IMG/VR virus record: IMGVR_UViG_3300045120_000051
Coordinates: 5,981 to 69,980 of that record
Length of the DNA: 64,000 nucleotides
Direction: 5' to 3' (one strand)
From: a virus
Part shown: positions 45,216 to 56,400 of the stretch, one piece after another
Position numbering within the stretch: the first letter of the stretch is position 1
Layout of the letters: the number at the start of each line of letters is the position of its first letter
Program-made: the position numbers and the translations under genes
Notes under the pieces: generated by a model
The model's database searches: none
The model's input: the letters and a program-made list of their open reading frames with translations, nothing else
What the model was told of the DNA's origin: nothing

Positions 45216-46118
45216 ATGGCTACCGCCAACATTCAATTAGCCACACCCGCGAATGGCTCTTTTGTGGGCACCTGGGACCAGCCCGTCAACGCCAACACGA
45301 CGGTGATTGATGCCGTGGCGGGCAGCATCACGACCAAATCCCTCACCAATGCTAACGTCACCCTTTCGGTTACCGAGGCTCAGGTAGCCATTCTGCGGTT
45401 TACGGGCGTTCTCACCGGCAATTGCATCATCACCCTCCCTGCGATTATCAAATCGTGGATATGCGAAAACCTGACCACGGGCGCCTTTACGGTGAAAATC
45501 TCCGGTAGTTCCGGCAATGTGGTGGCGCTGCGTCCCGGTTCCTGTCAGGTCTATTGGGATGGCACTAACGTACAGTTCATCAATCTTGGTGGTGTTGGGG
45601 ACTATTGGGACGCGAGCGAGGCCGATACGCCGTTGTGGGTGTCAAGTTGCACAGTGCCGCCTGCGCTCAAGTGCGATGGGTCTACGTTCAGTTCGGTGAC
45701 ATATCCCATCCTGAATGCTCGCCTGGGCGGGACGACGCTTCCTGACTTCAGTGGTCGCACGGCAGCCTATCTTAATGGGGGGACTGGACGCATCACTACG
45801 GCCGGGTCAGGCATTGACGGTAATACGCGGTTTTCAGCAGGAGGGGCACAAAATATCACGCTTGATGCGACGACGCTGCCATCTCACACTCACACTGTAA
45901 ATGATCCGGGCCACACTCACACGTCAAATGCAAGCAACATAGTCAGTGCTTTTATTTCTAACTCTTTCTCTTCTGTTCAGGCCATTGTCTCGAACAACAC
46001 TGCAACGATTAACTCGGCAACCACGGGGATTTCTTTGAATTCAACGGGCAGTGGCGGCGCTCACAACAACATGCCTCCTGCCGTCATAAGCGGCGTCCGC
46101 ATGATATGGGCTGGATGA
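45216..46118 (+). CDS. Tail fibre with tail-collar domain
   Basis: L.CDGS....YP.L..LG.T.LPD..GR, LPSH.H...DPGH.H, G.AHNNMPP. Confidence 0.8.
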   Translation: MATANIQLATPANGSFVGTWDQPVNANTTVIDAVAGSITTKSLTNANVTLSVTEAQVAILRFTGVLTGNCIITLPAIIKSWICENLTTGAFTVKISGSSGNVVALRPGSCQVYWDGTNVQFINLGGVGDYWDASEADTPLWVSSCTVPPALKCDGSTFSSVTYPILNARLGGTTLPDFSGRTAAYLNGGTGRITTAGSGIDGNTRFSAGGAQNITLDATTLPSHTHTVNDPGHTHTSNASNIVSAFISNSFSSVQAIVSNNTATINSATTGISLNSTGSGGAHNNMPPAVISGVRMIWAG

Positions 46119-46122
46119 TGCA

Positions 46123-48153
46123 ATGCCATTTTCCAGTGTTAGACTTATCCCAGGCGTCAACGTCGAAAGGACGGCAACCCTCCTAGAGGCCGGCTATTCG
46201 CAAAGCCAATTGATCCGGTTCAAGGATAGCCTTGGACAGAAATACGGTGGCTGGCAGAAGTTCTACGATCTCACTGTGTCAGGCATCCCTCGGGATATGC
46301 ATGCGTGGGAGGACTTGAACAGTGTCACGCATCTTGCCGTGGGGACGACGACGGAGCTTGGCGTCATCACGTCAGGCAACATCAACGTCATAACCCCACA
46401 GACATTCACCTCGGACTTTGCGCCGAATTTCAGCACGGTCATCTCAACGAACGTTGTCACTGTTTTAGACACAAATATCGGCACACTTTCGGTCTACGAC
46501 TCTGTTCTGTTCCAGACGCCGATTTCCGTTGGCGGAATCATCATCTCAGGGCTCTATCCGATCCATTCGGTGCTGGGTGCCACGCTCTACACGATCATTG
46601 CCGATACCGCCACAGCGACGGTTAACAATGGTGGCGCAGTTCCCGTGTTCACCACGGCGATTACCGATTCGGCTGTTATCGTGACGCTCAATAATCATGG
46701 GCTGTCCATCGGCGGGCATATCGCTTTTGGTGTCCCGACCACGGCCAATGGCGTCACTATCTCGGGGCTCTACACCGTAGCGACGGTGACGAGCGCCAAT
46801 GCTTTTACAATCGCAGCATCGAATCAAGCCACCGCAAGCGGCTCGTTCAGCATGAATGCTGGGCTTGCTGATGCGGTCTATTACATCAATATCGGTCCTC
46901 AGGCAGTAGGGTCTGGATTTGGGATTGGTCCTTTCGGTGCTGGTGGATTTGGCACTGGCTCGACTACGACTGCACAGACCGGGACGCCCATCACTGCGGT
47001 TGACTGGACCTCGGACAATTGGGGGCAGATCCTTATTGCCGTCCCGCAGAATGGCGGGGTCTATGCGTTCGATCCGACCGGAGGATTTGCTAATGCTGGC
47101 CTTGTCGCAACAGCACCTCCAATCAATGGTGGGGGGTTCATCTCCAATGCGCAGCAAATCCTGATTTTATGGGCATCGTCCGTCGAGTACGACATTGGGG
47201 TGCAGCAAGACCCGATGACAGTGAACTGGTCCGCCTCGGGGGATTACACAAATTTCGTGGTGTCATCGACAACGCAGGCGGGGTCGTTCCGTATTCCCAT
47301 AGGTTCGACCATCCGTGGCGGGATGGCGGTTCAAAATCAGAACCTGATTTGGACTGATCTTGACCTGTGGGCAATGAACTACATCGGTTTGCCGTTCGTC
47401 TATGGGTTCAACAAGATCGGCTCGGGGTGCGGGTTGATTGGCTCGCATGCCGCGCAGCAGGTGCGTGGTGGTGTCTACTGGATGGGGCCAACGAATTTCT
47501 ATCAGTACGCAGGCTCAGGTGTTCAAGTTATCCCGTGCCCGGTTTGGGATGCCGTGTTTCAAAATCTCAATACGGCCAACTCCTACAAAGTTCGGGCGAT
47601 GCCTAACACGCCGTTCAATGAGGTCGGGTGGGAATATCCATCCTTGAACGCGACGGAGAACGATAGTTACATCAAATTCAACATCACGGAACCTGGAGGG
47701 CCGTGGGACTACGGGTTGTTGGCGAGGTCGGCCTGGATTGATCAGACCGTGCTCGGGATGCCCATCGGGGCAACTACGGGCGGGATCATCTACCAGCACG
47801 AGACGACGCCGGATGATGATGGAGCCCCTCTCACGGCATCGTTCACCACCGGCTATTTTATGATCGGGGACGGCGAGGATTTTGCCTACGTTGACCAGAT
47901 CATCCCGGATTTCAAGTTTGGGCCATATGGGGGGAACCACTCCGCGCAAATCCAACTGACGTTCAACCTGATCAATTATCCTGGCGACACGCCTATCAGT
48001 TATGGACCATATACTTTCATGGGCACAACGCAGTACATTCCGGTAGGGCTGCGGGGGCGTCAGATGAGCATCACGGTGCAATCCTCGGACGTTGGAAGCT
48101 GGTGGAGACTTGGGCGCGTGCGATATCGCTGGCGGCCGGACGGACGGGCATAA
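46123..48153 (+). CDS. Tail nozzle/stabilisation protein (P22 gp10/tubular-B-like)
   Basis: 676 aa beta-rich; DNWG..L, AGS.R...GS.I, CGLIG, FNEV.W.YP, R.AW.D, RGRQ, WRLG..R....DG. Confidence 0.8.
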   Translation: MPFSSVRLIPGVNVERTATLLEAGYSQSQLIRFKDSLGQKYGGWQKFYDLTVSGIPRDMHAWEDLNSVTHLAVGTTTELGVITSGNINVITPQTFTSDFAPNFSTVISTNVVTVLDTNIGTLSVYDSVLFQTPISVGGIIISGLYPIHSVLGATLYTIIADTATATVNNGGAVPVFTTAITDSAVIVTLNNHGLSIGGHIAFGVPTTANGVTISGLYTVATVTSANAFTIAASNQATASGSFSMNAGLADAVYYINIGPQAVGSGFGIGPFGAGGFGTGSTTTAQTGTPITAVDWTSDNWGQILIAVPQNGGVYAFDPTGGFANAGLVATAPPINGGGFISNAQQILILWASSVEYDIGVQQDPMTVNWSASGDYTNFVVSSTTQAGSFRIPIGSTIRGGMAVQNQNLIWTDLDLWAMNYIGLPFVYGFNKIGSGCGLIGSHAAQQVRGGVYWMGPTNFYQYAGSGVQVIPCPVWDAVFQNLNTANSYKVRAMPNTPFNEVGWEYPSLNATENDSYIKFNITEPGGPWDYGLLARSAWIDQTVLGMPIGATTGGIIYQHETTPDDDGAPLTASFTTGYFMIGDGEDFAYVDQIIPDFKFGPYGGNHSAQIQLTFNLINYPGDTPISYGPYTFMGTTQYIPVGLRGRQMSITVQSSDVGSWWRLGRVRYRWRPDGRA

Positions 48154-48489
48154 ATGGCGACCCTTGATGACGTAGTATCCAATCTACTCAGCATTGCCAA
48201 AAACATCGGCTCGCTGATTGGCGTGCTACAGACCACGTTGCCGCGTGTGACTGGGACGTTCACGATGGGCGCTGCGGCGACTACAGTGGTGACGGAGCCT
48301 GCGGTGAGGTCCAACAGCATCATCACGTTGCTGCCCACCAATGCGTCTGCGGCGACGTTGTTTGGCAGTGTGAAATCGCCATACGTGTCGGCACGAACGG
48401 TGGGCGTGAGTTTCACTGTGGCGACTGCGAGCGGGGGCGCCGCGGCAGGAACTGAGACGTTCAGCTATCAACTTCAAAACCCGGCGTGA
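48154..48489 (+). CDS. Small virion protein
   Basis: Directly follows nozzle gene. Confidence 0.6.
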   Translation: MATLDDVVSNLLSIAKNIGSLIGVLQTTLPRVTGTFTMGAAATTVVTEPAVRSNSIITLLPTNASAATLFGSVKSPYVSARTVGVSFTVATASGGAAAGTETFSYQLQNPA

Positions 48490-48493
48490 TGAC

Positions 48494-51400
48494 ATGCCCC
48501 TAGAGAAATCAAAATCACCGGCAGCGTTCAAGCGCAACGTGCGGACCCTGATGGGCGAGGTTGGCAAGTCACCGCATGTGCAGTCGCGGTCCCAAGCCTT
48601 GGCGGTCGCCTATAGCATCAAGCGGCGCGGCAAGGCAGAAGGCGGCGAGGTCGATGATCCGATCATGCCCATGCCTCGCAACCCTGCGGCGCCGGCAGAT
48701 TGGGCACAGAACGCCGTGCGAGGCGCTGCCGGTAAGGTGGGTGACATCGTCATGGCGCCGCGGAGGGCGATGGATCAAGGGATGACTACCGCCGACGCCA
48801 CGGACTGGGCTGGTGACGTTGCGACGACTATGGCTGGTACAGGAGGACTTGGCGCGGCCCGTGGTGCGTTAGGGACGGCCGGGGGCAAGTTGGTACAGCC
48901 CCAAGGCATCCGCGCCTTCCACAGTTCGCCGCACGATTTCGACAAGTTCGATTTCTCCAAGATCGGCACTGGCGAGGGCGCGCAGGTTTACGGGCACGGC
49001 GGTTACTTCGCCGAGAACCCGGCGGTGTCTGGGCAGGGTGGGCAGTATTGGAACCAGTTTCAGCACCGGTTTGAAGGGCCGGAAGGCGATGCTGCAAGTT
49101 ATTTGGCGCTGCATAATTTTGATCGGCAGACAGCCGCCAAGGCCGCGCGAGAGCAGTTAAATAAGAACATTGATTTTGCCAAAAACGTTCGTTCTTCGGA
49201 CGAGCTAGCCAGCTTGGCGGCACAACGCGCCAGTTTTGAGAAAACGGTGAACTTACTTGAAGGTGGCTCCCCGGTCGGCCCGCGCACCTACGAGGTCAAC
49301 ATCGCCGCGCGGCCGGAACAGATGTTGGATTGGGACAAGCCGCTGGCGCAGCAGCCTGAGGGTATTCAGAGGCTCGTGGCGGAAGGCCCTTCTCGCCTCG
49401 GCGGCAACGATGTTGTGCGCGGACAGCTAACTAGCCCCACCGGAGAAAACATTTACAGGCGCTTGTCGGTAATGAAGGGCAACACGGGGGCACCGAAAGT
49501 ATTGCAAGGCTACGATGTTCCCGGCATCCGCTACCTCGACCAGGAGTCGCGGCTTGCGACTGGAGATGCCGAGCGATTAATTAAGGATGTTCAACGGCGG
49601 TTGGCTTATGCCGATGAGATCGGAGCATCTCCAGCAGCCAGGAAAAAATTGGCTGATGAATTGACTGGGTATCAGAACAAGATCAATGCGGGAACCCACA
49701 ACTACGTCATGTTCCCCGGCACCGAGGACAAGGTCAAAATCTTGAAGAAGTACGGCGTGGCCGGGGTGCCTGCCGCTGGCGCTGCGGCGGCTGCGACGGA
49801 AGGTCAGCGCCCCATTGCAGGATTTGCCGAGGGTGGAGATGTTGACCCATGGCAGGCCGGTGTGGATGCGGCTAACCGTGCTGGAACGATGAGGCCGTCG
49901 CCCGTGGATACCAGCACCCCAGATGCAATGATGAGCATCGGCAGGGCAGGCGACACGCTCCGCAAGAACGCACCATTGTTGGCGGATACCGGACCAGGAC
50001 GCATTGCGCAGGCGCTCACGCGCGTAGTCACCGGGCAGACGCCGATTCCACCACACGGCATGCGACGGGAGGACTATACCGACGACCCGAATGCTCCGCA
50101 GCCGATTGAGCCACTGGTCAATGATGCCATGAACGTGGCGGATGTGATGTCGCTTGGCAGTATGCCAATGGCGACCAAAGGGGCGGCCGGGATTTTCGGA
50201 GGCCGTCTTGCGGTGACGGCGGACCATCAAGCTCTTAATCGCGCCCAAGCCATGGCCAAGGCCGGCGCCCCGCGTGAGGCCATTTGGAATGATACCGGAT
50301 GGTTCAAGGGCGGGGACGACAAGTGGCGGTTTGAGATACCGGATAATAAGGCCAAATTGACTCGCGATTGGCTTACGTCATCGCTCGACACAAGCCCTAA
50401 CAAAGTTGCCGCAAATAAATATGCCTTACTTGAAGGAGCAATAAAGCACCCGGACGCATTTGATGCTTATCCAGATACAAGGATGATGGGGTATAGGGGC
50501 CGGTTTGAGTATGGACCTGATACAATCCTTCAACGTAAGACGGATACGGGTGAAATCGCAGTCGGGGCTGGCGGCGGCCATTATATACCAAGCCGAGATT
50601 CAATAGATGCTGGCGGATTCGGATACGACCGCCCGCAAGCCAAGGCCGGCGTTCTTTCAACAACATTGCATGAGTTACAGCACGCAATCCAATCGCGCGA
50701 AGGTTTCGTGCCTGGGGCGTCTCCTTCTGACTTCATGTATCAGAATAGCCCTCTCTTCAAATATAGAGGGCCGCTCAATACTGCGGAGCAGGCTTATCGC
50801 CGCGTTGCCGGCGAGGTCGAGGCCCGCAACGTGCAGGCCCGCATGAACATGACACCCGAGGAACGGCGCGCAAAGCCGCCTTGGCTGACTGAGGACGTGC
50901 CGGCAGGACAGCAGATATTTGGGGCACAGGCACCGGTCGGGCCGCAGATGTCGGCGGGCATCCCACCGAAGGAGCCATTTCGAATCCAGCCGCAAGATAT
51001 ACGCGCTCCAAAAGCCGCCAACGTAAACACGTCAAAGGCCGAAGTTCTTGCAGACTTGCCTCCACCGCTCTCGCCATCTGATCGCATTTGGCAGAACTAC
51101 GTAAAGCGGATGGGGCCGGATGAAATGCTGAAATCAGGTCCGGTATGGAGTGCCGCGGAAAACTTGTCGGCGGCGAAGGGGATTTCACCGAGTGAAGCCT
51201 TTGCCGAGGTTGCCAACGATATGTTTGGTAGGATGGGGGCCAACCGTTTTATGACCCCTGCACAGGCTAAAATGCACATGGCGCGCGAGCGCGGGGTGCT
51301 AGTGCCGGTGCCGGCAGAGGGACTGACAATGAAGCGCCCGATATCAGGCTTTGCCGCAGGTGGCTCCCCTGACTTCAAGATTCACCCCTCCTACATTGCG

Positions 51401-51856
51401 AGGGCTCAGTCTCGGAGCCTCGGCCATACAGGGCCGATCAGTTCTATGGTGCCGGGGAGGACCGACCATCACGCGATGAGCGTGCCGCGCAACTCGTATG
51501 TCGTGCCGGCCGATATCGCCTCTGGCCTCGGCCAGGGCAACACTGCCGCAGGCATGAAAGTCTTAGGTGCCATGTTCCCGAAGTCTGGCCCCTACGGCTC
51601 CCCCGCAGCCGCGATGCACCGGGGCACGGGTATTCCGCGTCCTCCGCGTGCTGATGGTGGTGCTGCTGATGGTGTGGACCAAGACGTGCCGATCTATGCG
51701 GCGGGCGGGGAATTTATCGTGGCGCCGGCCGATCTGCACGATCTTGGCGGAGGTGACTTCAGTCATGCTCATGCTGTAATGGATGCATGGGTGAAATCAG
51801 AGCGCAAAAAACTAATAAAAACACTCAAGTCTTTGCCAGGACCGGCAAAGGACTGA
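48494..51856 (+). CDS. Polyvalent internal virion protein (ART-like, LPD23-like, zincin-like domains)
   Basis: FH.SPHDFDKF...IGTGEGAQ.YG.G.YF; IW..TGWF.G.D.KWRFEI.D; HELQHAIQ..EGF...GEVEARNV. Confidence 0.75.
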   Translation: MPLEKSKSPAAFKRNVRTLMGEVGKSPHVQSRSQALAVAYSIKRRGKAEGGEVDDPIMPMPRNPAAPADWAQNAVRGAAGKVGDIVMAPRRAMDQGMTTADATDWAGDVATTMAGTGGLGAARGALGTAGGKLVQPQGIRAFHSSPHDFDKFDFSKIGTGEGAQVYGHGGYFAENPAVSGQGGQYWNQFQHRFEGPEGDAASYLALHNFDRQTAAKAAREQLNKNIDFAKNVRSSDELASLAAQRASFEKTVNLLEGGSPVGPRTYEVNIAARPEQMLDWDKPLAQQPEGIQRLVAEGPSRLGGNDVVRGQLTSPTGENIYRRLSVMKGNTGAPKVLQGYDVPGIRYLDQESRLATGDAERLIKDVQRRLAYADEIGASPAARKKLADELTGYQNKINAGTHNYVMFPGTEDKVKILKKYGVAGVPAAGAAAAATEGQRPIAGFAEGGDVDPWQAGVDAANRAGTMRPSPVDTSTPDAMMSIGRAGDTLRKNAPLLADTGPGRIAQALTRVVTGQTPIPPHGMRREDYTDDPNAPQPIEPLVNDAMNVADVMSLGSMPMATKGAAGIFGGRLAVTADHQALNRAQAMAKAGAPREAIWNDTGWFKGGDDKWRFEIPDNKAKLTRDWLTSSLDTSPNKVAANKYALLEGAIKHPDAFDAYPDTRMMGYRGRFEYGPDTILQRKTDTGEIAVGAGGGHYIPSRDSIDAGGFGYDRPQAKAGVLSTTLHELQHAIQSREGFVPGASPSDFMYQNSPLFKYRGPLNTAEQAYRRVAGEVEARNVQARMNMTPEERRAKPPWLTEDVPAGQQIFGAQAPVGPQMSAGIPPKEPFRIQPQDIRAPKAANVNTSKAEVLADLPPPLSPSDRIWQNYVKRMGPDEMLKSGPVWSAAENLSAAKGISPSEAFAEVANDMFGRMGANRFMTPAQAKMHMARERGVLVPVPAEGLTMKRPISGFAAGGSPDFKIHPSYIARAQSRSLGHTGPISSMVPGRTDHHAMSVPRNSYVVPADIASGLGQGNTAAGMKVLGAMFPKSGPYGSPAAAMHRGTGIPRPPRADGGAADGVDQDVPIYAAGGEFIVAPADLHDLGGGDFSHAHAVMDAWVKSERKKLIKTLKSLPGPAKD

Positions 51857-51926
51857 TAAGATCAAGGCCCGCTAGGTGTTGATGCACCGAGCGAGCCTCT
51901 AACCAAACGAACGTCGGGAGTTCGAA

Positions 51927-52676
51927 ATGGCTGACAGTCACAATACGCTTATGCCTTCTTCTGCGAAAGAGGCCAAAGAGAGAGGAGAAAAATTCTACTT
52001 TACAGGCGTTCCTTGTAAACGAGGTCATGTTGCGTGCCGAGTTGCTAAAAAGGCCGCATGTGTTGAGTGCCTAAAGTTCTACTATCGTAAATATCGTGGT
52101 CAGAATCCTGAGCAGTGGAGACAAAGGGAAAGGGAGTATCGAAACAGAAATATAGAAAAGTTCAAAGCGCAGGACCGCGCTGCTTATGCCAGGAATCCTG
52201 AAAAATATAGGGCCAATAGGCGAGAGTGGTATGCCAAGAACAAGGAAAAGGCGCGCAAAACTTTTCTTCGTTATATGGAGAAAAATCGCGATGTAGTCCT
52301 AGCGAAAGCTCGCATTCAGTCTGCCAAATATCGGGCAGAGAATCCTGAGAAAGCGAGGCAGGCGATTGACGACTGGTGGTCCAGAAATCCCGGACGAAAG
52401 AAGGTCTACCATCGAAACCGGAAGGCAAGAAAGCGTGGTAATGGCGGCTCACACACAGCGGAGGACATTGCAGCCATCTTCAAGGCGCAGCATGGCCGTT
52501 GTGCAATTTGTCGCAAAAAACTCGGTGATGAACGCCACGTCGATCATATTACGCCAATTATCAAGGGCGGCAGCAACGATCCAAAAAACCTGCAAATGCT
52601 TTGTGAGCCTTGCAATCTTGCTAAGGCGGCCCGCGACCCCATCGACCACATGCAATCATTAGGATTTCTCTTATGA
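51927..52676 (+). CDS. HNH endonuclease
   Basis: YFTG.PCK.GH...C.EC; Q.G.CA.C....HVDHI.P..GG.N...NLQ.LC..CN..K. Confidence 0.9.
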   Translation: MADSHNTLMPSSAKEAKERGEKFYFTGVPCKRGHVACRVAKKAACVECLKFYYRKYRGQNPEQWRQREREYRNRNIEKFKAQDRAAYARNPEKYRANRREWYAKNKEKARKTFLRYMEKNRDVVLAKARIQSAKYRAENPEKARQAIDDWWSRNPGRKKVYHRNRKARKRGNGGSHTAEDIAAIFKAQHGRCAICRKKLGDERHVDHITPIIKGGSNDPKNLQMLCEPCNLAKAARDPIDHMQSLGFLL

Positions 52677-52939
52677 GCGACGATACACATCCGCTGTTGA
52701 CCGATCCGTATCAAATCCAGGTTGGATTTCACAACCAAGTTGTCGGCGTCGGATTTATGAATGGCAACGTCAACATCACTCTGGCCGTCGCTCGCTTTAC
52801 GCCACAAGATGGGAAGGTGGTACCGGACCTTGTGATATCCGCTCGCCTGCGCATGGATTTGTTTTGTATGCAACAACTTCATGATGAGTTAGGGCGCATC
52901 CTTGCGCAGAACGTGAAGCCGTCGAGCACAGTCCAATGA
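52673..52939 (+). CDS. Hypothetical protein
   Basis: ATGA-coupled on both sides. Confidence 0.6.
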   Translation: MSDDTHPLLTDPYQIQVGFHNQVVGVGFMNGNVNITLAVARFTPQDGKVVPDLVISARLRMDLFCMQQLHDELGRILAQNVKPSSTVQ

Positions 52940-53415
52940 CCATCCTGACCTGCCCAGTCCGCAAGGCCGACGCCGCCGACGAGGCGGAGCTTATGGAATT
53001 GTGCCGTGCACTTCATGCTGAGAACGGCATGTTCACCATGAGCGAGGACAAGGTGCGTGGAATGCTTCAGCGAGCCTTCAACAAGCAGGGTGCCATCGTG
53101 GGCGCGCTGGGGCCATCGGGGCATATCGAGGGTGCGATTTACCTGCTGATCTCGGACTACTGGTACTCTGACGATTGGCACCTGTCTGAACTGTTTTCGT
53201 TTGTGCTGCCGCAGTACCGCAAGTCGAACAACGCCAAGGAACTGATCACCTTCGCCAAGCGGTGTTCTGACGAGATCGGCATTCCTCTGATTATTGGCGT
53301 GATCTCGAACGAGCGCACCGAGGGCAAGGTCCGGCTGTATCAGCGTCAATTGAGCAAGCCTGCCGGGGCGTTTTTCGTGTACGATGCCAAGCATAGTCAC
53401 CTGCATACTGCCTAG
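52936..53415 (+). CDS. GNAT acetyltransferase-like protein
   Basis: VRKA..AD, E.F.FVLPQYR....A..L...A, RLY.R; precedes ejection genes. Confidence 0.8.
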   Translation: MTILTCPVRKADAADEAELMELCRALHAENGMFTMSEDKVRGMLQRAFNKQGAIVGALGPSGHIEGAIYLLISDYWYSDDWHLSELFSFVLPQYRKSNNAKELITFAKRCSDEIGIPLIIGVISNERTEGKVRLYQRQLSKPAGAFFVYDAKHSHLHTA

Positions 53416-53426
53416 AGGACAAGTCC

Positions 53427-56400
53427 GTGGGAACCAAGAATCAGACGACCACTACCCAGCAAACCCCCAATCCCACTGCGGGTGCTGCTTACAACAGCCT
53501 CCTCCAACGCGCCTCTGGCGTAGCGGATACGCCCTATCAATCCTATAGCGGAGAACTGGTTGCCCCCGTCAATGCGCAGCAGAACCTTGGCATCGGGAAC
53601 ATCAACCAAGGTGCTGGTTTTGCCCAGCCGTACATTCAGCAGGCGGCTCAGTACGCCACCAACGCCGCGCAGCCACTGACTGCGGAAGATATTGAACGCT
53701 ATTCGGACCCGTACACACAGCAGGTTATCAACGCCACGGAGGGGCAATTTGCCCACGACAATGCCGTGCAGCAGCAGGGCGTGCTCGGCAATGCCGCGGC
53801 GCAGGGTGCCTTGGGTGGCAACCGGGTGGGCGTGGCGCAGGCCCTGACGGCGGAGGGGCAACAGCGGGCGCAGGCTCCGGTCATCGCGGGATTACGCAGC
53901 CAAGGCTACAATACCGGCCTGAATACCGCGATGAACCAGCAGCAGCAGCAGGCGCAGGCTGCGTATTCCCTCGGGAATTTGGGCGTTGCCGGCCAGAACG
54001 CCTATCTGACCGGCGCCAATGCGCAGATTGGGGCGGGGACGCTTCAGCAGGGCACGCAACAGGCATTGAACGCGGCCAATTATGGCCAGTTTACGCAGGC
54101 GCAGGCTTTTCCGTATCAACAGGCCCAATGGCTGGCCGGCATCGATACGGGCGTGGGTTCCCAGATGGGGGGCACGTCTCAGACCACGAAGCCGGGGCCA
54201 AACCTCTTCAGCCAGATCGCTGGTCTGGGGATGGCGGGCGTGGGAGCCTTCACTGGAAATCCAGGGGCGGTCACTGGCGGATTGAACACTCTCTTTGGTG
54301 GAGGCAATAGCGCAGGCAACTACGGTGGATCGCCGGCAACCAATCCAAATCTCAATCCTGCGTCATTTGGGAATCTACAGAACCCCTATAGCAACCCCTA
54401 CGTCGCCCGTGGTGGTCGCATAGAAGGCTTCGACAGCGGCGGCGCTGTAGTGCCATACGGTGGGGTAGGGATGCCTTATGCGGGTGCCGGTCCATCCTGG
54501 ATGCCTCAGGCCCAAATAACGCATGGGCGGGGCTTGCCGGGCGTTGCAGGGGGCGATGACACGCCTTCCTCCCCCGGTGTGGCCAAAATCATGTCGGATG
54601 CCACGATGCTGGCCCGGAAGTTCATGAGCCAGCCAGGGGGTGAGGGTGCTCGGTACGGTGGCGTTGTGGCCCCGCCATCCGATGGAAGCATTATGGTTCC
54701 TCGTGGGTATGACGACGGTGGAGGCGTCCCTTTGCCACGGCCCGATCCAAGAGGGCCGCCTATCATGATCGGTGGGGTTGACCAACGGCCATCGTCTGGT
54801 GCTCCGGAATATGGGGCTAGTGATCATTTGAAGGCCGCATTACGGGCAGTATTCGAAGGTGGAAAGTATCGAGAAAGCGCGACCTCTCGCGGGGAAAGGG
54901 ATGATTCTGGTCTTTATGATCGGCGGCGCGGATACGAGGACGGCGGGACGCCGACCATGGCCGGATTTGGTTCGGGTTCGATGGTGCCGCAGGATTTCAA
55001 TTTATTCGACCCGAATCCGACCCCTGCCTATGCAAACGGTTTCCCGCCGGAAGATCGTCCGCCAAGCCAGTGGGACAGTGGGAAGCTCCGGGAGGTACCC
55101 TTCGATCCTGCCAGTTTTGCCCCTGGCACGTTCGGTATGGCAACCCCAGATGACCAGCCGCCCGACCCATATATCGGTGGCCGCGATGAGGCTTACCGTG
55201 CCGCCATGGCGGCGGCTGGCGATGATCCATATGGTGCCATCGAAGCACGGGCGGGCGTTGGCGACTCTTCCCAGGAGGCCCCCGCGGCCGGCGTCGGCAA
55301 TACTGGCGGCTGGTCATCTGGCATTGGGCCTGCGCTCATGTCGGCTGGTTTCGGGATGATGGCATCGCAGTCGCCGTTCATCGGGACGGCCATTGGCGAG
55401 GGTGGGTTGGCTGGCCTCAAGACCTACACCGAGGGTCAACAGCGCGAGGTGGCGAACCGCAGGGCCGAAGCCACGATGGCACGGCAGGCTGAGCAGACGA
55501 ACATCCAGCAAAAGAGCCTCGGTTTGCGGGTGAATGAACTGAAGCAACGGGCCCTACAGGCGCAGGAGGCCCTAAAGGCGCAGACACAGCGTCAGCAGGA
55601 AGCACTGAAGTCTCAGAAAGAGCGTCAGCAGGAGGCCATAAAGGCGCAGCAGGAGCGGCATGACGCCGATCTTGCAGAGCGCGAACGCCTGCATAGTAAT
55701 CCAATAAAGATTGGAGAGAATCCTCGCACGGGCGCTGCCATCATGGGTGTGCGTGACCCGAAAAATCCAAATCAATTTTTGGACCCCATTACACGCGAGC
55801 CCATAGACGCAGGCACCATGACCGGAGTGCAGCCATCTCGTCCATCGGGTACGCCGACTGCGCCTCCTGCGGCTGAACCTGTCAAGCCAGCCCCGCTGGA
55901 GGTTAAGGTTCCTGAATCGAGGGTCAAAACAGCATTCGGAGACGAGGAAGACGCAGCATCGGCGCTACGTGGCGTCCTAAATTCAGGTGGCACGCCTGAA
56001 GGCGTCAATCCAGACGTCCTTGATGATCCAATGTTGAGCGAGGGTGATCGCAACAAGGTCAAGGCAATCGGTGAAGGGCGCGCAGCGTTTCTGCCAATCA
56101 GCAGGGGCAACAAAGAAAACCAGTTCATCATGAAGAAGGCTTACGAGTACAATCCCAATTTGGATCAGACGATGTTTCCGCGTCGTCAGAGAACCGAGAA
56201 CTTTTATTCGGTCGGTACGCAAGGTGGGGGTGGCCAGCAAGTCATCGCTCTCAATAGATTTGCCGCCCACACAGGGTCGCTCTTGAAATTAGCCGAGAGC
56301 CTGGATGAAAGCCGGTTCCCAACTTGGAATGCTTTCCGCAATTTTGCTTCAAGACAGGGTGTTGGAGTTCTTTTCGGAGATAAGAAGGAAATGCAAGACG

